Made by a program: the position numbers and the translations under genes | Notes under the pieces: generated by a model | The model's database searches: none | Told to the model about the DNA's origin: nothing | Seen by the model: only the letters and a program-made list of their open reading frames with translations | Assembly (NCBI GenBank): GCA_002633005.1 | Contig: NMRA01000528.1 | Coordinates: forward strand, 188,535-252,534 | DNA from: Phoronis australis | Lineage: Eukaryota; Animalia; Phoronida | Reading direction: 5' to 3' | Length of the DNA: 64,000 nucleotides | Shown: positions 1 through 13,443 of the stretch, one piece after another | How positions within the stretch are numbered: the stretch's first letter is position 1 | Layout: each line of letters opens with the position of its first letter

Positions 1-3000
1 CACTATACTCGGGCTTAAACATGTATCCACCCAATGTCTGTTCGTGAAAAAAATTCCTCGTCACTGCTGCTATGAACAATGTTTCCGTTACTCTGACTCC
101 AGCCATTTTCAGGCTACTACAACGATAAGGTTTCTAAATCCAACGTAACTCAGTTATCTTACAACATAGTTTGTCGTAGAATACCTGTCGATGGGAAGAG
201 GTGACGACAATTTTAGAAAAACATCACAAACAACAGTAGAACATATCCTCACAGTAAACTCGAACACACTATAAACAAAATGGCGGGAAATTCTTAACCC
301 CAAAACGTCACTTCCGGAGTAGTGCACTACTAATTAATAAAATTATAGGGAAGACGTGGTTAACTGAAACACATGCATGGGATAATCAACAAACCGTATT
401 TTTACTAAAAATGACATGAAAAACGTTGCATTCCCCTTTAAGCGCCATTGGTTATTGCATTGAAACGTCACTGTTCGACAAAAGCTATTTGCGCGCATAT
501 GTTAATGCATGCACTTATTCTTGTACTTCAGTGTCAGGTGGAGTCTTCGGTCTTGCCGTAAGAGAGAGTTCTGTTGCGACGACTGAGTTCAGTACGAGGA
601 CAACAGGCCATAACCAATTATTATTGTTGAATAAACAAAACGCAACTGCATTAGCGTTCGGAATACTGACTAAGTCACCAAGAACCAGGACAATTTTTAG
701 GGAAAACCACCGTGAACAAACATGTTAGCACCATGAATTCTTTTGTGTAAGTGACATCTTAGACGGTAGGGCTCAGCAAAGTACGATGTCATAAATTACA
801 GCTATGTTTATAACTGTTCAGTGTCCTGTAATCATTTCCTTCATGTATATTGAACGAACTTTTGTCGATTACCGCCTGCATGTAGTTGAATACGTCTCTA
901 TTTCCTTCTGGCCTAGAATATCTGTTCAAACCCACACCTGCATCGCAGTGCGGCAGCAAAAGAATGAAACAACAGGCTTCAACATCAACGCGCATGCGCA
1001 AGATGTTTCCTGTACTGAGGGATCAGTGAAGCGACACAAATGTGAACGCGTTTCCCAGGTCTCCAGTTTCCGTTCAGGGCTCCCCTTCCGGTGGCACCAA
1101 TTTTTTTTCTGGGTGAGCCTTCTGATTTCTTAAGAGCGGAGCGGTCCACACTAACTTCCTGAGTAGGGCGCATTAACCCCCGCTTCCTACGCCTATACAT
1201 GTACAGCGGGGACACATGTTATTGACGAAAGAAATGTAATAAAAGGCAAATGCTCTACGTAATCGCTTACTACATTACAAGCAAATTATTTTACAATGTT
1301 TAAATCGTTACACCTTGTCTAACAGTTGTCAAAAAGAATGGAAAACACATCACGAGATCGTTCACAAAAATCGGCATGATATCAATTAAACACCTTTCCC
1401 AACGACACCACCGGAAGCCGGTATGTTGTTATTTTTGGGTCACACATTGATTACGGAAACTAAGACTTTTTAATGCAGGTTATCGTCTGTATGTTTACAC
1501 TTGTGTGGTAACATAAGACAATTGCTTTCGTTCAAGTGTTCACCTATTTGTTTATGTGAAATGTGGTAAATCAAGCGTGTTCTTATCTTTTTTGCATCGA
1601 CATACTTCTGACGTTAAAGAGTAGACTTGTTAAGCACCCTCAGCCTCACTTCTTCATAGAGCATGCGAATGCTTCGGGTATTTTGGTAGCCCCGAAAGCC
1701 AAATTTCTCTCGGAGACGTACCTTAACTGCTCATGTCCAAATCTCACCAACTGCGAGTTCTCGCTCGAAATCTGCTAGTAGAAGTGAGAGAAACATTTAC
1801 AAAACTGTGTTTTTTTCGTAATCGAATTTTCAAAGTGTGCTGCTTGCGAAAGGCAAGAATGCTGTTTCATCTCGGGGCTGGTTTCAGGGCGATAATGAAT
1901 ACAAAATCCTGCTTAACGCCTGCAACAGATAGCGTTTGTCATGAAAAATGGCAAGTGGGACTAATTGGCGGCTCCACTGCTGGAATGTTCTCCTCTGGCG
2001 TACCTGGTCAGCATAGAGATTCGCGAAACAGATACAGTATTCCTACTGGAAGACGATCGCCTCTTGGTGGAACATAGCTTTTGGCATACGGAGAGCGACA
2101 CCTACCTTCATTTGCATGTACTCTATGCACAATAAGCTCATCGAGGTATTAATCTTATCTGCCACGCGCTGGTTCCCATAATAAAGATTCAACCCCGTCT
2201 TGGTTTTCCCCGTCTGCTTCTTCCCTACAGGATACAACGCACAGATGTCTTTTCATGACTGTAGAGCGGTGAGCTTATCAACGTGCAGCTCCCATTGAAC
2301 TATACAAGAGAACAATATTCGAGGAAGTGACAAAACACAATCATCAAAATTTCCTACATGTCAAAGCCAAAGCATATCAGCACTTGTTGCAAAGAAACAG
2401 ATAGTGATAATTCGTCTATCTGTTTTAACTTTAGGGGTTAACCTTGTCTACTTAGTAATGGAATCAGATAAAAATCAGATCGATTAATCGGAAATTTTCC
2501 AATTCAAAACTCAATTCTGAATCCATTTTGAGTGACATTGTCACTGAGTACTGGCGAGGCTGTTTGCTGTGATAGGCAATGCGAAACAAAGGTTCCATTT
2601 CTGCACCTAACGCGAAAAAATGAGGGAGGCTGAGATAACTTCTCCTGTTTATGTGGCATTTCATATTTAGCAATATCAGACGACTTGCGCGCGGCCGAGG
2701 AGACTTTGCCTCATTGTGAGTTTCCAAATTTTGAGTAAGATTACAGAATCGACTTTACCGCCTTGGAATCGATTTCGACTCTATGTTTTTCTTTGACGAC
2801 GATGTCGGCAACGAATTGTTTCAACACTGTGTCTAATACGGCATCTGCAGCCCAATGAATACTACATTTTGTCACCCAATTCACCACTTCCGGTCATCAC
2901 GAGTTTTGTCTGTTTGCACTCTTCTTCGTATTCAAATTCACCCCAAATCCCACGATTCACACGTTTGCCAAGCGACATAAACTTTGACCCTATATGACTA

Positions 3001-3598
3001 CAGTAGATATAAATTTTGTTAAGCCTTCAAGCGCAAGATCTTCTCTCGTCGTGGTGATCAGAAGTGTTAGGAAGAAAAAAATAGTCGCACTTACACGTGC
3101 CGATGTAGTTTGAGCCAGCCAAACAATCGAAACATTTATCTGTGCTTTCAAACTGCAATCAAATCAAGTGTGTGTGATAATCAGCCTTGTGAGATAAATC
3201 TAAGCAAGTGGTGGGCAAACACCGTGATATCGTGAGAGGCAGCAGGCGACTCGCGACAAACAAGTCAGGTGACAGATATGAGTTTCGAGGGGAGGAGGCT
3301 TTTTGCATTGAACCAGGGCCTCATTGTGAATTCCCCCGTGTTTTAGCCAGTGCACTCAACAGTTTTTTTTCTGGAAAACCAGGCCAACTTGGCTCCAACT
3401 CTCAATTACACCTGAAAATAAGTATGCCAGCCAAAAACATCAAAAAGCTTGACCAGACTAATGATACAAATTCCAAGGAAAAACTTTTCACTATCACAAG
3501 TGCATCTGGATACCTGAAATCGAGTAAAACGCACCAAATCAGTAGTTTTCATCCGAAACCCACCTTACGTTTGCGATTGCTACGAATTGAGAGACATT

Positions 3599-3832
3599 CA
3601 GAGGCCGATCTCCGGGGGGGGGTTCAGGGGGTTCAATCCCAAGTCGATCGGGACAGGATCAAATCAAATCTAAAAAATGTCGCCAGGAAAACGCAATCAG
3701 TTATTAAAAACCAAAAAATCTTATACGGGAGGAGCGAAACCCACTCCCGACCTTCCCTCCACTCGGCGCTACGCACCTTAGATTTGCGCAAGTCCTAAAC
3801 CCCCTTACTGAAAACGTATAGGTCTGCCACTG
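3599..3832. mobile_element. GC-rich MITE with CAG..CTG ends and 5-bp TSD (hAT5-like)
   Basis: TIRs CAGAGGCCGATCT and AGGTCTGCCACTG. ACATT duplicated at 3594-3598 and 3833-3837. Confidence 0.75.
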
Positions 3833-4022
3833 ACATTATATTTAGGCTGCCAAAATCCTTCAGGTTATATGCCATTCTTAGCCTTCCCAAGAGGTACTAA
3901 ATTCAAAATGAACAGCCATTCAAGCAAATTTGAACAGTTAAATTCAACTATTGAGCGCCACCTGAATGACGTTATCACCGTAGTTTACAGGTAACTATTT
4001 TACCAAAGTGACTTTCTTCGCG

Positions 4023-4135
4023 GGTGTTTACAACCCAACGCTCTTGCTGCGGTTTAATTGGTCTTTAGAAACAGTAACTGAGATTTCCGATTCTAAGAAC
4101 TAATTAAATCAGAAGAGCGTTGGGTTGTAAACACC
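4023..4135. repeat. 113-bp fold-back element
   Basis: Perfect 23-bp IR GGTGTTTACAACCCAACGCTCTT and AAGAGCGTTGGGTTGTAAACACC, plus an inner imperfect IR. Confidence 0.8.
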
Positions 4136-4422
4136 AATAATTTCATGTGGAAATTCCAGAGGAGGCGCCACTTTAAAGCTAAAAAATAATTGTAGACGCT
4201 CTGGTACACGTTGTACCGGGCGTGCGCAGGCCGCTCGGGTGGTACAATTTTTATGCTTTATTACTATGTAGATAAACCTGTGTTGAGGAGCTAGACCAAA
4301 CTTAAGGCTCCAGTGGTACACGACTTTGAGTAAAGCACCACACTGCCAACTCATTCCACTTTCCGGTTGCTGTGCAGACGACTTATTTGCAGGAAGTAAA
4401 ACCCTGACTCACACCAGCCTCC

Positions 4423-4563
4423 CGTTCAGTAACGCTAGGACCTCACTAAAAAGCAAGACTTCGCGAGATTACGTGAGATATTGCGGTGCATTTCAAATGA
4501 GAACACGTGACTTTGACTAGGTTTGAGTTAGGTCCTAGCGTAGGTCCTAGCGTCTACTGAACG
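4423..4563. mobile_element. Small MITE-like inverted-repeat element
   Basis: Arms CGTTCAGTAACGCTAGGACCT and AGGTCCTAGCGTCTACTGAACG, with a 12-bp tandem duplication TAGGTCCTAGCG at the right arm. Confidence 0.65.
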
Positions 4564-7500
4564 CACGCCAGGTGACATTGGTGAATATTGACACCGCGGC
4601 CAAACGATTTGGTAGTGCCTTGTGCGTGCGATTACAGATTTTACCCTTTGATAGTATACAGAAATGACGATCCGTGTAGTATAGTCACATCAATTTTTGG
4701 CCATAGTACGATTAGAAAACGGACAATCGCAGTACAGTGACCCTGCAACTATGGTGATGACCCGCTTACTTTCCCTGTAGGCTCTCACTCTCATTTCACC
4801 CCATGGACGTGACTTGAATGGTAATCAACACTTGTTGTCCTACCGTACACATCCTGATGATGTCTTATGACTAGACAAAATGTTGAGTTAACATGAACTT
4901 TTTTATTTGTGCGGCGATTGTCCGTTTTCTAAGTGTACTATGGTGTATGGTTCTAGCTGTTTTTCACTGCTGGAGATGTCCGAAAAAGCAACTTCATGAT
5001 AGGGCACCCTCTCGTAGAATTTGTTTCACTTCGATAATTTTCATGTGCAGTTCTGTCATCTTTTCTGAAAGAAGCAGAACGAAATTAAGAACAGCAAAAC
5101 TTAGATATAGCATTTTGCCATTGCTGTCTGAGGTCCAGAAAAGGTCCTCGTTTGCAACGATTAAAAAGAAAACCGCGCCTGAATCTAAGTCGAAGTATGT
5201 TTTGGGTAACAATTGTGATGCTAAATCATTTGTGAGCATTTCAACGAAAGTGTTGCTGTTCGCTTTTATAGTACATGTACTTTCAAATAATACAAGGTGT
5301 GATATGCGGCAATTGAAGAACAAAAACTATATTTAGCGTTTTAACCTTACCAACTTGAACACTTAATGCGCTGGTTCAATCAATTATTCTGACAATACGT
5401 AGACGATGCATCTATACGCAACAAGCTGTCGCATCCAACGAAACTTGACATGTTTCCGAAAAAAGCGGGAAATATTGATTTTCGAAATGTGCAATTTTCG
5501 AAAAGATCCCCTGAGCGACCTCTGGAGGCTTTGTTCAGTTTTTCACCATCACAAATACCTGAATAGCGTTTTTACATAATCTTCGGCGGTAACTTGAACT
5601 AATGCCTTATGGGTCATTGGTGTTTTTGATGCATTTTTGTCTCTCAGTTCTATGTGGCACTTTTAGTCCTTGTAAACTAAAAGCAACGGCTGTTTGTACT
5701 CCTATAAATAGACAAATGGTGCCTGTTTGGAAAGCACGCCATTTTCTTCAGTGTGGGCTTTTACTTCATTAGGGTGTGGGTTTGATTTTGTTGTGGACAC
5801 TGTACTTTATCATTTATTGAGTGTGATTTTTTATATATCGACACAAACGAGCACACACACAAGTTACGCATTATAATGTCATTTCTGCAATCATGATTCT
5901 AAAATAAAAGACGTTGTGTTGGAGTTGGTTTATAATGTCGTCTTCGCTCTGATGCGCGATCTTGTTACTTGTATGAATCACCATCAGTCGAATCACGAAC
6001 CTTTTGGGATTTAATTACTTCAACAAAAGAGACCCATTAAGACTGTTTATGTAACGTTGGCGTATATTAGAAATTTCTCAATCTCTTAATAGGTAAAACA
6101 CTGGCCTTAGGCTGTGTGACTGAGTGAAACGGGAACTGTGAACCCGTTCAGACTACGAGACGCAGTTCTATATTTCGAGTTTGAAGTGAGTTTCCCTGAT
6201 CGTTTTGAAATTACGTTCTTCAACATTTGAATCAATTCATGTAAATGCGTATTGAACAATAGTTATCGTACTTTTTAATTGGTAAGACGGGCACTGGGAC
6301 AAGGATTTGAAATCTTTTTCTTTTCAGTTGAGTGTAATTTACTTTTCTATGTAGTCTTCTAAATACGTTTGTGTTTTTATTTTCACCTTTTCACCTAATT
6401 TGCTGAGCACATCAAAACTGTCATTGTAAAACTTTATACGTAATGAAGTTTTTAAATTGGAGTTCTCTTTGAATCCTAATTTTTTTGCGTCTGTTCTCAC
6501 TAAAAAATGTCTCAGTGACGAAGGCCACGATGAAAAATTCATGAAGTTATGTAATACGTCGAGTTCAACACCTAATTTCACGATTCTAGAATGTCGATAA
6601 TGGACTCCGTCTCGAATTTGTAAGGTCTTACCTGGAAATCACATATTTAAGGCATTTCACTCAGAGATCTAAATTTGTCTACTACATGTTAAGTCTAATA
6701 CACTTTGATTTTTAAAGAATTAGATATTTGATTCTAGCTTTAATAGTGTGAGGGCTCTCTTTATTTTTTAACTTTCAAACGTCCTTATGTCTCTTTCGTA
6801 ACATATGATAACCATTCTGTTCAAGGTTACGGTTATATTATGACAATCGCTGGACATTATCGACAAGAAAAGGAATTTTATTGCGCACCATCAGCGCGCA
6901 ATCGAAGCAACAAGGTCGCGTTCTAACCCTCATCTGCGAAAACTAAACCCAACTCGATAAATGTAATTACGAACATGCGATTAACTGGTAAATCACTGCG
7001 CATCAGAGTGAAAAGGAAATTGAATTAAAACTTAGACTCATTTTCTGTTGTCGGCACTTTTACACGTAAGTGATTACCCGCCTCTTGAGCGTATTTGAGA
7101 CCTATATGGGTTTCTGTTGACAGTACATTAACCCGATTGAACGGTAAAGTTATTACGCTTGTTTGAAAATAGATATTCGAAACCAATTTTATCAATCAGA
7201 GTATCTTTACTTGTACTGACTAGGCCAAGTATTGAACAACAGAACCTTTCTTTATCTATTGACCCAGCCAGTCCCCGGCTACATTTGTCATCCGCCATTC
7301 TAATCTAAATATAGTCCAAAAACATTATTGAAATTCTTTCCGCGCTCTTTCATGTTCTCGGTGATCCAAAACAAAAATAACCGAAAACCCTGATGTATGT
7401 TTTCCTAGATTAGCCGTTTAATCGTAAGTATGCAGGCCCTTGAAGTTTTGCTACACTGCATAAAGGTGTGTTTTCACTAATGTTTAGGGGCACGTCTACA

Positions 7501-8337
7501 ATAAACACATTGCTTGTTTAGTTAAGGAAATCGGTGTTTACACTAGGTTATAGGTGAAACAAATATAAGAACATTGTCATATGATTGACCTGGCTGTAAA
7601 AACACATAAGCAGTCATAAACAGTGCTTTATACAAACTAAGAACTCAAGTTTTGGATTTGATAACGATGACGTGAAGTTATAATTCGGACGAACATTGAT
7701 GTACGAACATTGACGGATAAGGCGGGGGTTACGAAAATTAAGGTATTAGGCGGTGGTAAGGTTGCTGACGGGATAGGGTGTCGTCCAGTATACGTACAAT
7801 GTTGTAGACAATTTGGGAAAACAAGAAATAAATCGGGAAGCCACCATTCTATTGAAAACACGAGAAGCCATCCGATAGCCACACGGGCAGAGCGCTATCA
7901 AGAAGAACTGGNTCACGAGGTTGACAATCTGTCGGTCTGGAATTCGGTAGCTATTGAAGGGCGGTGGAATTGAAACCCCGAGGCTGTGAAATTGAATGGC
8001 GATGAAAGAGAAGGACTTCTCTTGCCAACATTAGGACAAATTTACATCAAAATAGACCCCCGAGAAGTCAAGTTCAAACAGGCCTTTGCTGAAGAACAAA
8101 CGTGATGCGTGTGTTTCGTAGAGATAAGAGTCTCGTGAAAACGCAATACCACGCAAGATTTCACTTAAAACAAACAAAGCTATCTTGCTTAGCGAGACTT
8201 ATCGTCTAAGGAACTCCACCCGTTACGTGACTGCACATTCCTTTTATTGACAATGCAAAAATTTCAGACCACGTGCCTCTCTCAAACTGGTTGATTGGTT
8301 GATTTGGCCTACTTGATGTCAACAAGAAATTGATTAA

Positions 8338-8842
8338 GGTTACGTAAGACCTCCAAAATGTCCAATTTTGGCCAACTTCGGAGCATCGTATCTCAGAAAT
8401 GACTCATTGGGTTCACAAGGAACTTCAAGATATCGCGCTTCGCTACTGCAATGTGATGAACTGTTCTCCAAAACGCTGTTAGGGATTTTTCCAAATACAG
8501 ATGTATTTCATATTTGGAAGAAAAGCTATCAAAAACCGGGACATGTATGGTTTTCATGAACAAGTTGCATAAAGCGAAAACGAAACGATAATTTAGAAAC
8601 CTGTTTCTTGAACACTGATATCATGCGAAATTTTTATGTTATTGATCCAGATGTGTTTTTACGATTGTATCATTCTTTTTGCTAAATTTCCGTGAAAAAA
8701 ACACTGTGGCGTGACGTAAGTCAAATATCAAACTCTACAGAATTTCTGCTTTCAGAAAAATATGCTGTTGCTGAGTTAAATACTGCAGTTTTATTCTTGT
8801 TTGACCAAATGTAGAGACTCATCGATAAGGTCCTGTATAATC
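8338..8842. mobile_element. TTAA-flanked 505-bp Kolobok-type non-autonomous element
   Basis: TTAA at 8334-8337 and 8843-8846. Ends GGTTACGTAAGACCT and AGGTCCTGTATAATC (10/15 inverted match). A similar 5' end TTAAGGTTACGTGTACCTC lies at 61702. Confidence 0.5.
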
Positions 8843-10375
8843 TTAACACTTACTGTAGGAAAACAATTCTATTCTACCAGGTGTTTTTGATGGTACAGGT
8901 TGATTAAAGAGCATGGCACGTCTTTTGCACCGACAAGTGAATTGTTGGGCTTTGTTTTGAAGGAAAACAAAGCCAACTGAAGTACGCGATACTCGCTACG
9001 GACATTTCACTCATGAGGCCCTTTATTGCTTACATAAAGTTAAATGTATATCTTGCAAGCCACTAAAAATAACTACATGACTAATCACTATTGGATAAAA
9101 ATGTGTTTACCCCGTGTCCAATTATAATTCAATATCTTGATAATGTTGGTCATAGTTTAGCTGTGGCTAGGTTGGTTAGCAGTTACGACTGTCCACCATT
9201 GATTTGAAACCTAACAATGCAGTACCTGAGACTTCAATAACACGTGAAATGTTCTCTTAAGAATTACAGCATTTTTCACGTTAACAAAACAGCATTCTTC
9301 ATTTACAAATTACCCGACTCGGACTTCAAATGCCTCGTAAAAAATACGACAAGACAGCCCCCGTGAATAACAAAGCTGTGTCTTACATGTACATTTTCAA
9401 AACACCGAATACAATACGAAATACTTCAAAAGCAGGAATTGTGTCAGGAAGACGACTGCTGCCAATTAGAACCGTAACAGAATCAATCGCTTGAGAAGCC
9501 TTTCTACAGTATCAAAGCTTTCAACGAATTTCTCAAGTGGGTAAGGATTAAACACGCGAATTCCCTAACAAGGCTTCAAGATTTATTGTCCATGTTTTTA
9601 AATTGTTTGCCCGACACATTAAAACGCATTATCGCATAATCGTGTGTGCTTGCCATGTTTGTTTTTAAACTTGAATCGAATTGAGAAACACTTTCAGAAG
9701 AAATGTCCAGGTGGGGACGAAGCTAGCGTATTTAGAGAAATCTTCAGCTGCGAGAGGATTTCAATTCTGAGCTATTTTGAAAGTTCGCGCTCATAAATAA
9801 CCAATTGAAATGTTTGGAGACATGCAGGTGCAGACTTTTTGGCACAAAAATTGTGTACGAGACGCGGTGCTCATAGAACAACTTGAACGGAGTAACAATT
9901 TTTTAGACTCGATATAAATCATAATCCAGCCTGGGTCGAATTTTTGAAGCTCTGTTACGAGAATGCATTTCGCATGTCCTTTTATTTAAAATCCTGCATG
10001 GACAAAAATCACACTACTTCAAACTGTAAGATAGCAGGACTGAATCTCTCCGTTGACGCAGTCAGCGAACACTTCATTTATTTTTTTGATGTGTAAATAA
10101 AAAAGCTAAGTCGCCGTATTAGAAAAGTGACATTAATTTTAATAAAATATTACAGGATATATCTGTACCAATCACTCTTATGTTATCTGCAGACATTAGG
10201 TCTCTGAACAAACGATATCAGCTGCTCTCACTTGTAGACTACGCGGGCAGGTGAAGGGCATAAGGTCCCGTGTTGACCTCTGGCGACCCCGAGCTAAACA
10301 TTTCGTCTTGATAACTTATGTCATTTGACCGTAAAGCTTCCTTTACCAATCATGAGTCGGTTACCGATCTTTTAT

Positions 10376-10452
10376 CACCATCACCATCACTGCCACCACC
10401 ACCATCATCATCATTACCATCATCATCGTCGGCATCATCACCATCATCACCA
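10376..10452 (+). repeat. (CAT/CAC)n microsatellite
   Basis: Imperfect trinucleotide run caccatcaccatcac...catcatc. Confidence 0.9.
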
Positions 10453-13029
10453 CAGCACAAAATTAATTAGATAATCGAATAACACTTGCCACTTTTACTA
10501 AGAACTGAAAGGTCCTGCGTAGTGTGGCTTGCCCTTATGTCTCGACGCAAGTGAGAGACTTTGAATTCAAGGTTTATGTGCTTTGGTGAACAAGAGTGAA
10601 ATCGGGCACTTAAGTGGACATTATCGGCAAGGAACAGATTTTCTGAGAAACTTCTCAGCGTGGAATCAATCCGGAAACTCTGAGAATACAGCCTAACGCT
10701 TTGCTGGCGGGCTGAATCCCACTCGAAATTCGTATAGTATTTTAAATGATAAGTCATCGGCTTTGGTTTCATCGGTTGTCTGCCAGAAATCGGCAATAAA
10801 TCGCGGTTTGTAATAAAATCACAGCAAAACATCGGATTTTGTTGTTTTATAGCTCTGGTCAAAGCTATTGACTTCAAAAAGTCTATCCCATCCAACAGTA
10901 TTGCGTATTTCTGCCGTAAAACCGATACGGTTTCCATGAGGTCTTTCACCAGCTGATGTAAAAACGGATACCAACACGAATAAAATGATAAAGTGACTAA
11001 AATATCAAACTATTTCGTCCGTAGATGACACGGATTTACATGCACGAAACGTTTTCGTAGTCTGCATTAGGATGAGCAGTTTACGCCTTCTGCGGTCAGG
11101 AAAATCACTAAGCTATTGCGCATGTAGTCAAATCACTTCAGTTGCCTTGGGAGAGTAAGCAGGTGTCGACGAAAACTGGATTACACGTTGAACAAACACT
11201 GTTATCATTTCGCCACATCAACACAGTCCCGTATGTAAGCTGTGTCTTGCGGCAGCCGTACACACGCACGCTCGCAAAATTAACGATAATGCGCCCTGTA
11301 CGAGAATGAGGAATGACAATTTCTCAGAACTTTGAACATGCAAAGTTAAACAAAATATGACGATAACCAAACCGTTTGTGGGGAACAGCACATGGAAGAG
11401 CACGTGACTTGTGAAGTTAAAAGATGCAGGTTGTGATTTTGATAACGGCCGCAGCTGCTGGCCCCTTAAGATGGCGGTGTAGCACTGTGGTGGGAAAGGC
11501 ATGTGTCTAGTGACGGCAAAATTGCGATAAGTGAAAATCAGTCATGGGCACTCAGCAAACACAAGCAAACGAGTTTTACTGAAAATACAAAAAATCAATG
11601 ATAATTAGACGTCCGAGATCAGAAAAGAGTGGTCGTAATTTCTTGTAACAAAAGAGTTTCTCCTGCTCTACACTGTGACATCACTGTGACATCACTCAGA
11701 AATAAGTCTGAGATTTAAATTTTCGTTACGAAAGACGGATTTAGTGTCAGAATCATAAATAAACATAGATTTATAAAATACTATCTTATGACTTATGAAT
11801 ATAATGAAATACGGGCCTCCAAGTATCCTTCTGTTAACACTCTACTCTCATCAGTATTGGGTTTTCATTAGTTAATTTTTCATACTCAGTAAAACCGAAC
11901 GTGCGTACCCGGATACAACTGCTGTGAATCCATACTATGTCAAGTGTGATTTCTGGACTTTACATTTGCAAGGCCACAGCTCGTTTTAGTACCGACTCAA
12001 CAAGGTTGGCTTGATTTCACTTCTAGGGGATCAATGGCGAGCACTTCTTGAGGTTTTTGTTCTTTTCTTTGGGAATGATGTACACTGTATTTTAGAAACG
12101 GTGTCACGAGTTCACCACCGACCTCAAAACGGTTTTAGGAAGACGCTGTGACCAATATCATAATTCCAACTAGCCTAAATAGTTTTATGAGAGAGAACGG
12201 GGCTATCACATGTATCTCCTTTAACAGATTATTTGGACTTGCCATTCTGCCTAGAGCTTTTGAATGAAGTGCACGATAATAATACAAGGCCTGTGGACGA
12301 ACAAGGACAGCATGGTCGCCCACCTTTGTGGTCGCATTTCATTCTTCTTTCACTTCAACAATACATGTGTCTGTTTGTGTTAGGCTTTTAGGATGCTCAG
12401 TCAAACACATCGCTGTGTAATAGAACTGCGATTAAACAAACTAATCTTTGCTCGTCAACATATTAACCGAGGCCAACACCTGATTGAAACGTTAAAACAA
12501 AGACGGCTACGGCAATGCAATCGAATATCTATTGTGCATTATTTTATTATGTGTCTAAGTACGTGTTTGCATAATGTGGTCGTATTATTATTGCTTCCAG
12601 ATATTTATCGAAGACATATTTTGTAAACTGAAATGTAACAATGAGTAGCTATCAGCGCCAACATCTGCGTGTTCCTAGGCCAATTAATCGGCGCAGTAAA
12701 ACTATTCGACATGTGGACTAAAATTCCATAGCCGTATATAAAATAACTAAATATGATGCATTTATTTGTTTATTAAACATGACCATGATACTCTTCCTAC
12801 AGCATCGTTGATCTGTATTCACGAGATCACATTCCTACAGATATAACAAAGCAAATATGAAAACAACGAGCGATTAAGACCTCGTATCGAAACACTCATT
12901 GAATTACAATCATAATAACCCTAATCAATTATAGCCGGTAAATAGTACCCGCCTTCCGTGACTTTAAGGCCAAGACTCCGCCTACTTTGGCTGAGAAGCG
13001 TGCTGTGCGCCTGAAGGCACGTGTCAGTT

Positions 13030-13334
13030 ACTATAGTTGACCAATAAGATCACGTAATGAAACACCACCATTCTCCGGCACACGCGCACCTGCTTGATGA
13101 TTGGAGGACGCATGCGCGTGTGAAATCCGATGGGAACTGTTGCGTATTGAAATGGGCCTAAGCATCTGGAGTAATGCGTGACGAAATCTATTGATATAAT
13201 GGGACCGAATTATTAGCATTTATAACGAGACTGTTTAAATCAGTGGTCTCAGTTTGAGAACAGACAAGCACGCGAACAGTGATTGTCCCGGACAGTGGTT
13301 GGTAATTTGACGGATTGCGTATACAGATTTCAGC
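13030..13334 (+). promoter_or_regulatory. Putative proximal promoter/5' region of the Gfi1-like gene
   Basis: CCAAT at 13041, an ATTGG near 13100, TATA-like TTTATAA at 13219-13225, and a Gfi-like site AAATCAGTGG at 13237-13246. Relatively CpG-rich. The TSS is not demonstrable. Confidence 0.4.
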
Positions 13335-13443
13335 ATGCCGAGGTCATTTTTGGTGAAGTCGAAAAAAGTTTGCATCGGTCACCACGATATCTCTGATCCC
13401 GATCACGTCAGCGCTTTTAAGGTGGTAACACCAAAACACAAAG
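13335..13443 (+). CDS. Gfi1: Gfi1/Gfi1b-like repressor, coding exon 1 (SNAG domain)
   Basis: ATG at 13335 gives MPRSFLVKSKKVCIGHHDISDPDHVSAFKVVTPKHK. MPRSFLVKSKK is the Gfi1 SNAG motif. Ends at a G|GTAAGA donor, 109 nt, phase 1. Confidence 0.95.

Noticed and set aside
1-441. Right end of a TTAA element (…GCATTCCCCT-TTAA) with YY1-like and ETS-like motifs at about 277-319
   Set aside because: The matching left end is outside the window, so neither a transposon nor a promoter call can be supported.
3208-3798. 196-aa ORF
   Set aside because: GTG start, no recognisable domain, and its 3' third runs through a MITE.
4893-5336. Overlapping ORFs on both strands (147 and 109 aa)
   Set aside because: No recognisable motif. 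One good minus-strand acceptor near 5066 but no supportable gene model.
7880-7990. B-box-like GGTTTCAATTCC on the minus strand (also GTGAGTTCGGGCCC near 61673) as a tRNA or SINE head
   Set aside because: No cloverleaf or convincing A-box could be built.
10467-10949. 160-aa minus-strand ORF upstream of Gfi1
   Set aside because: No domain or splice support; likely a chance ORF.
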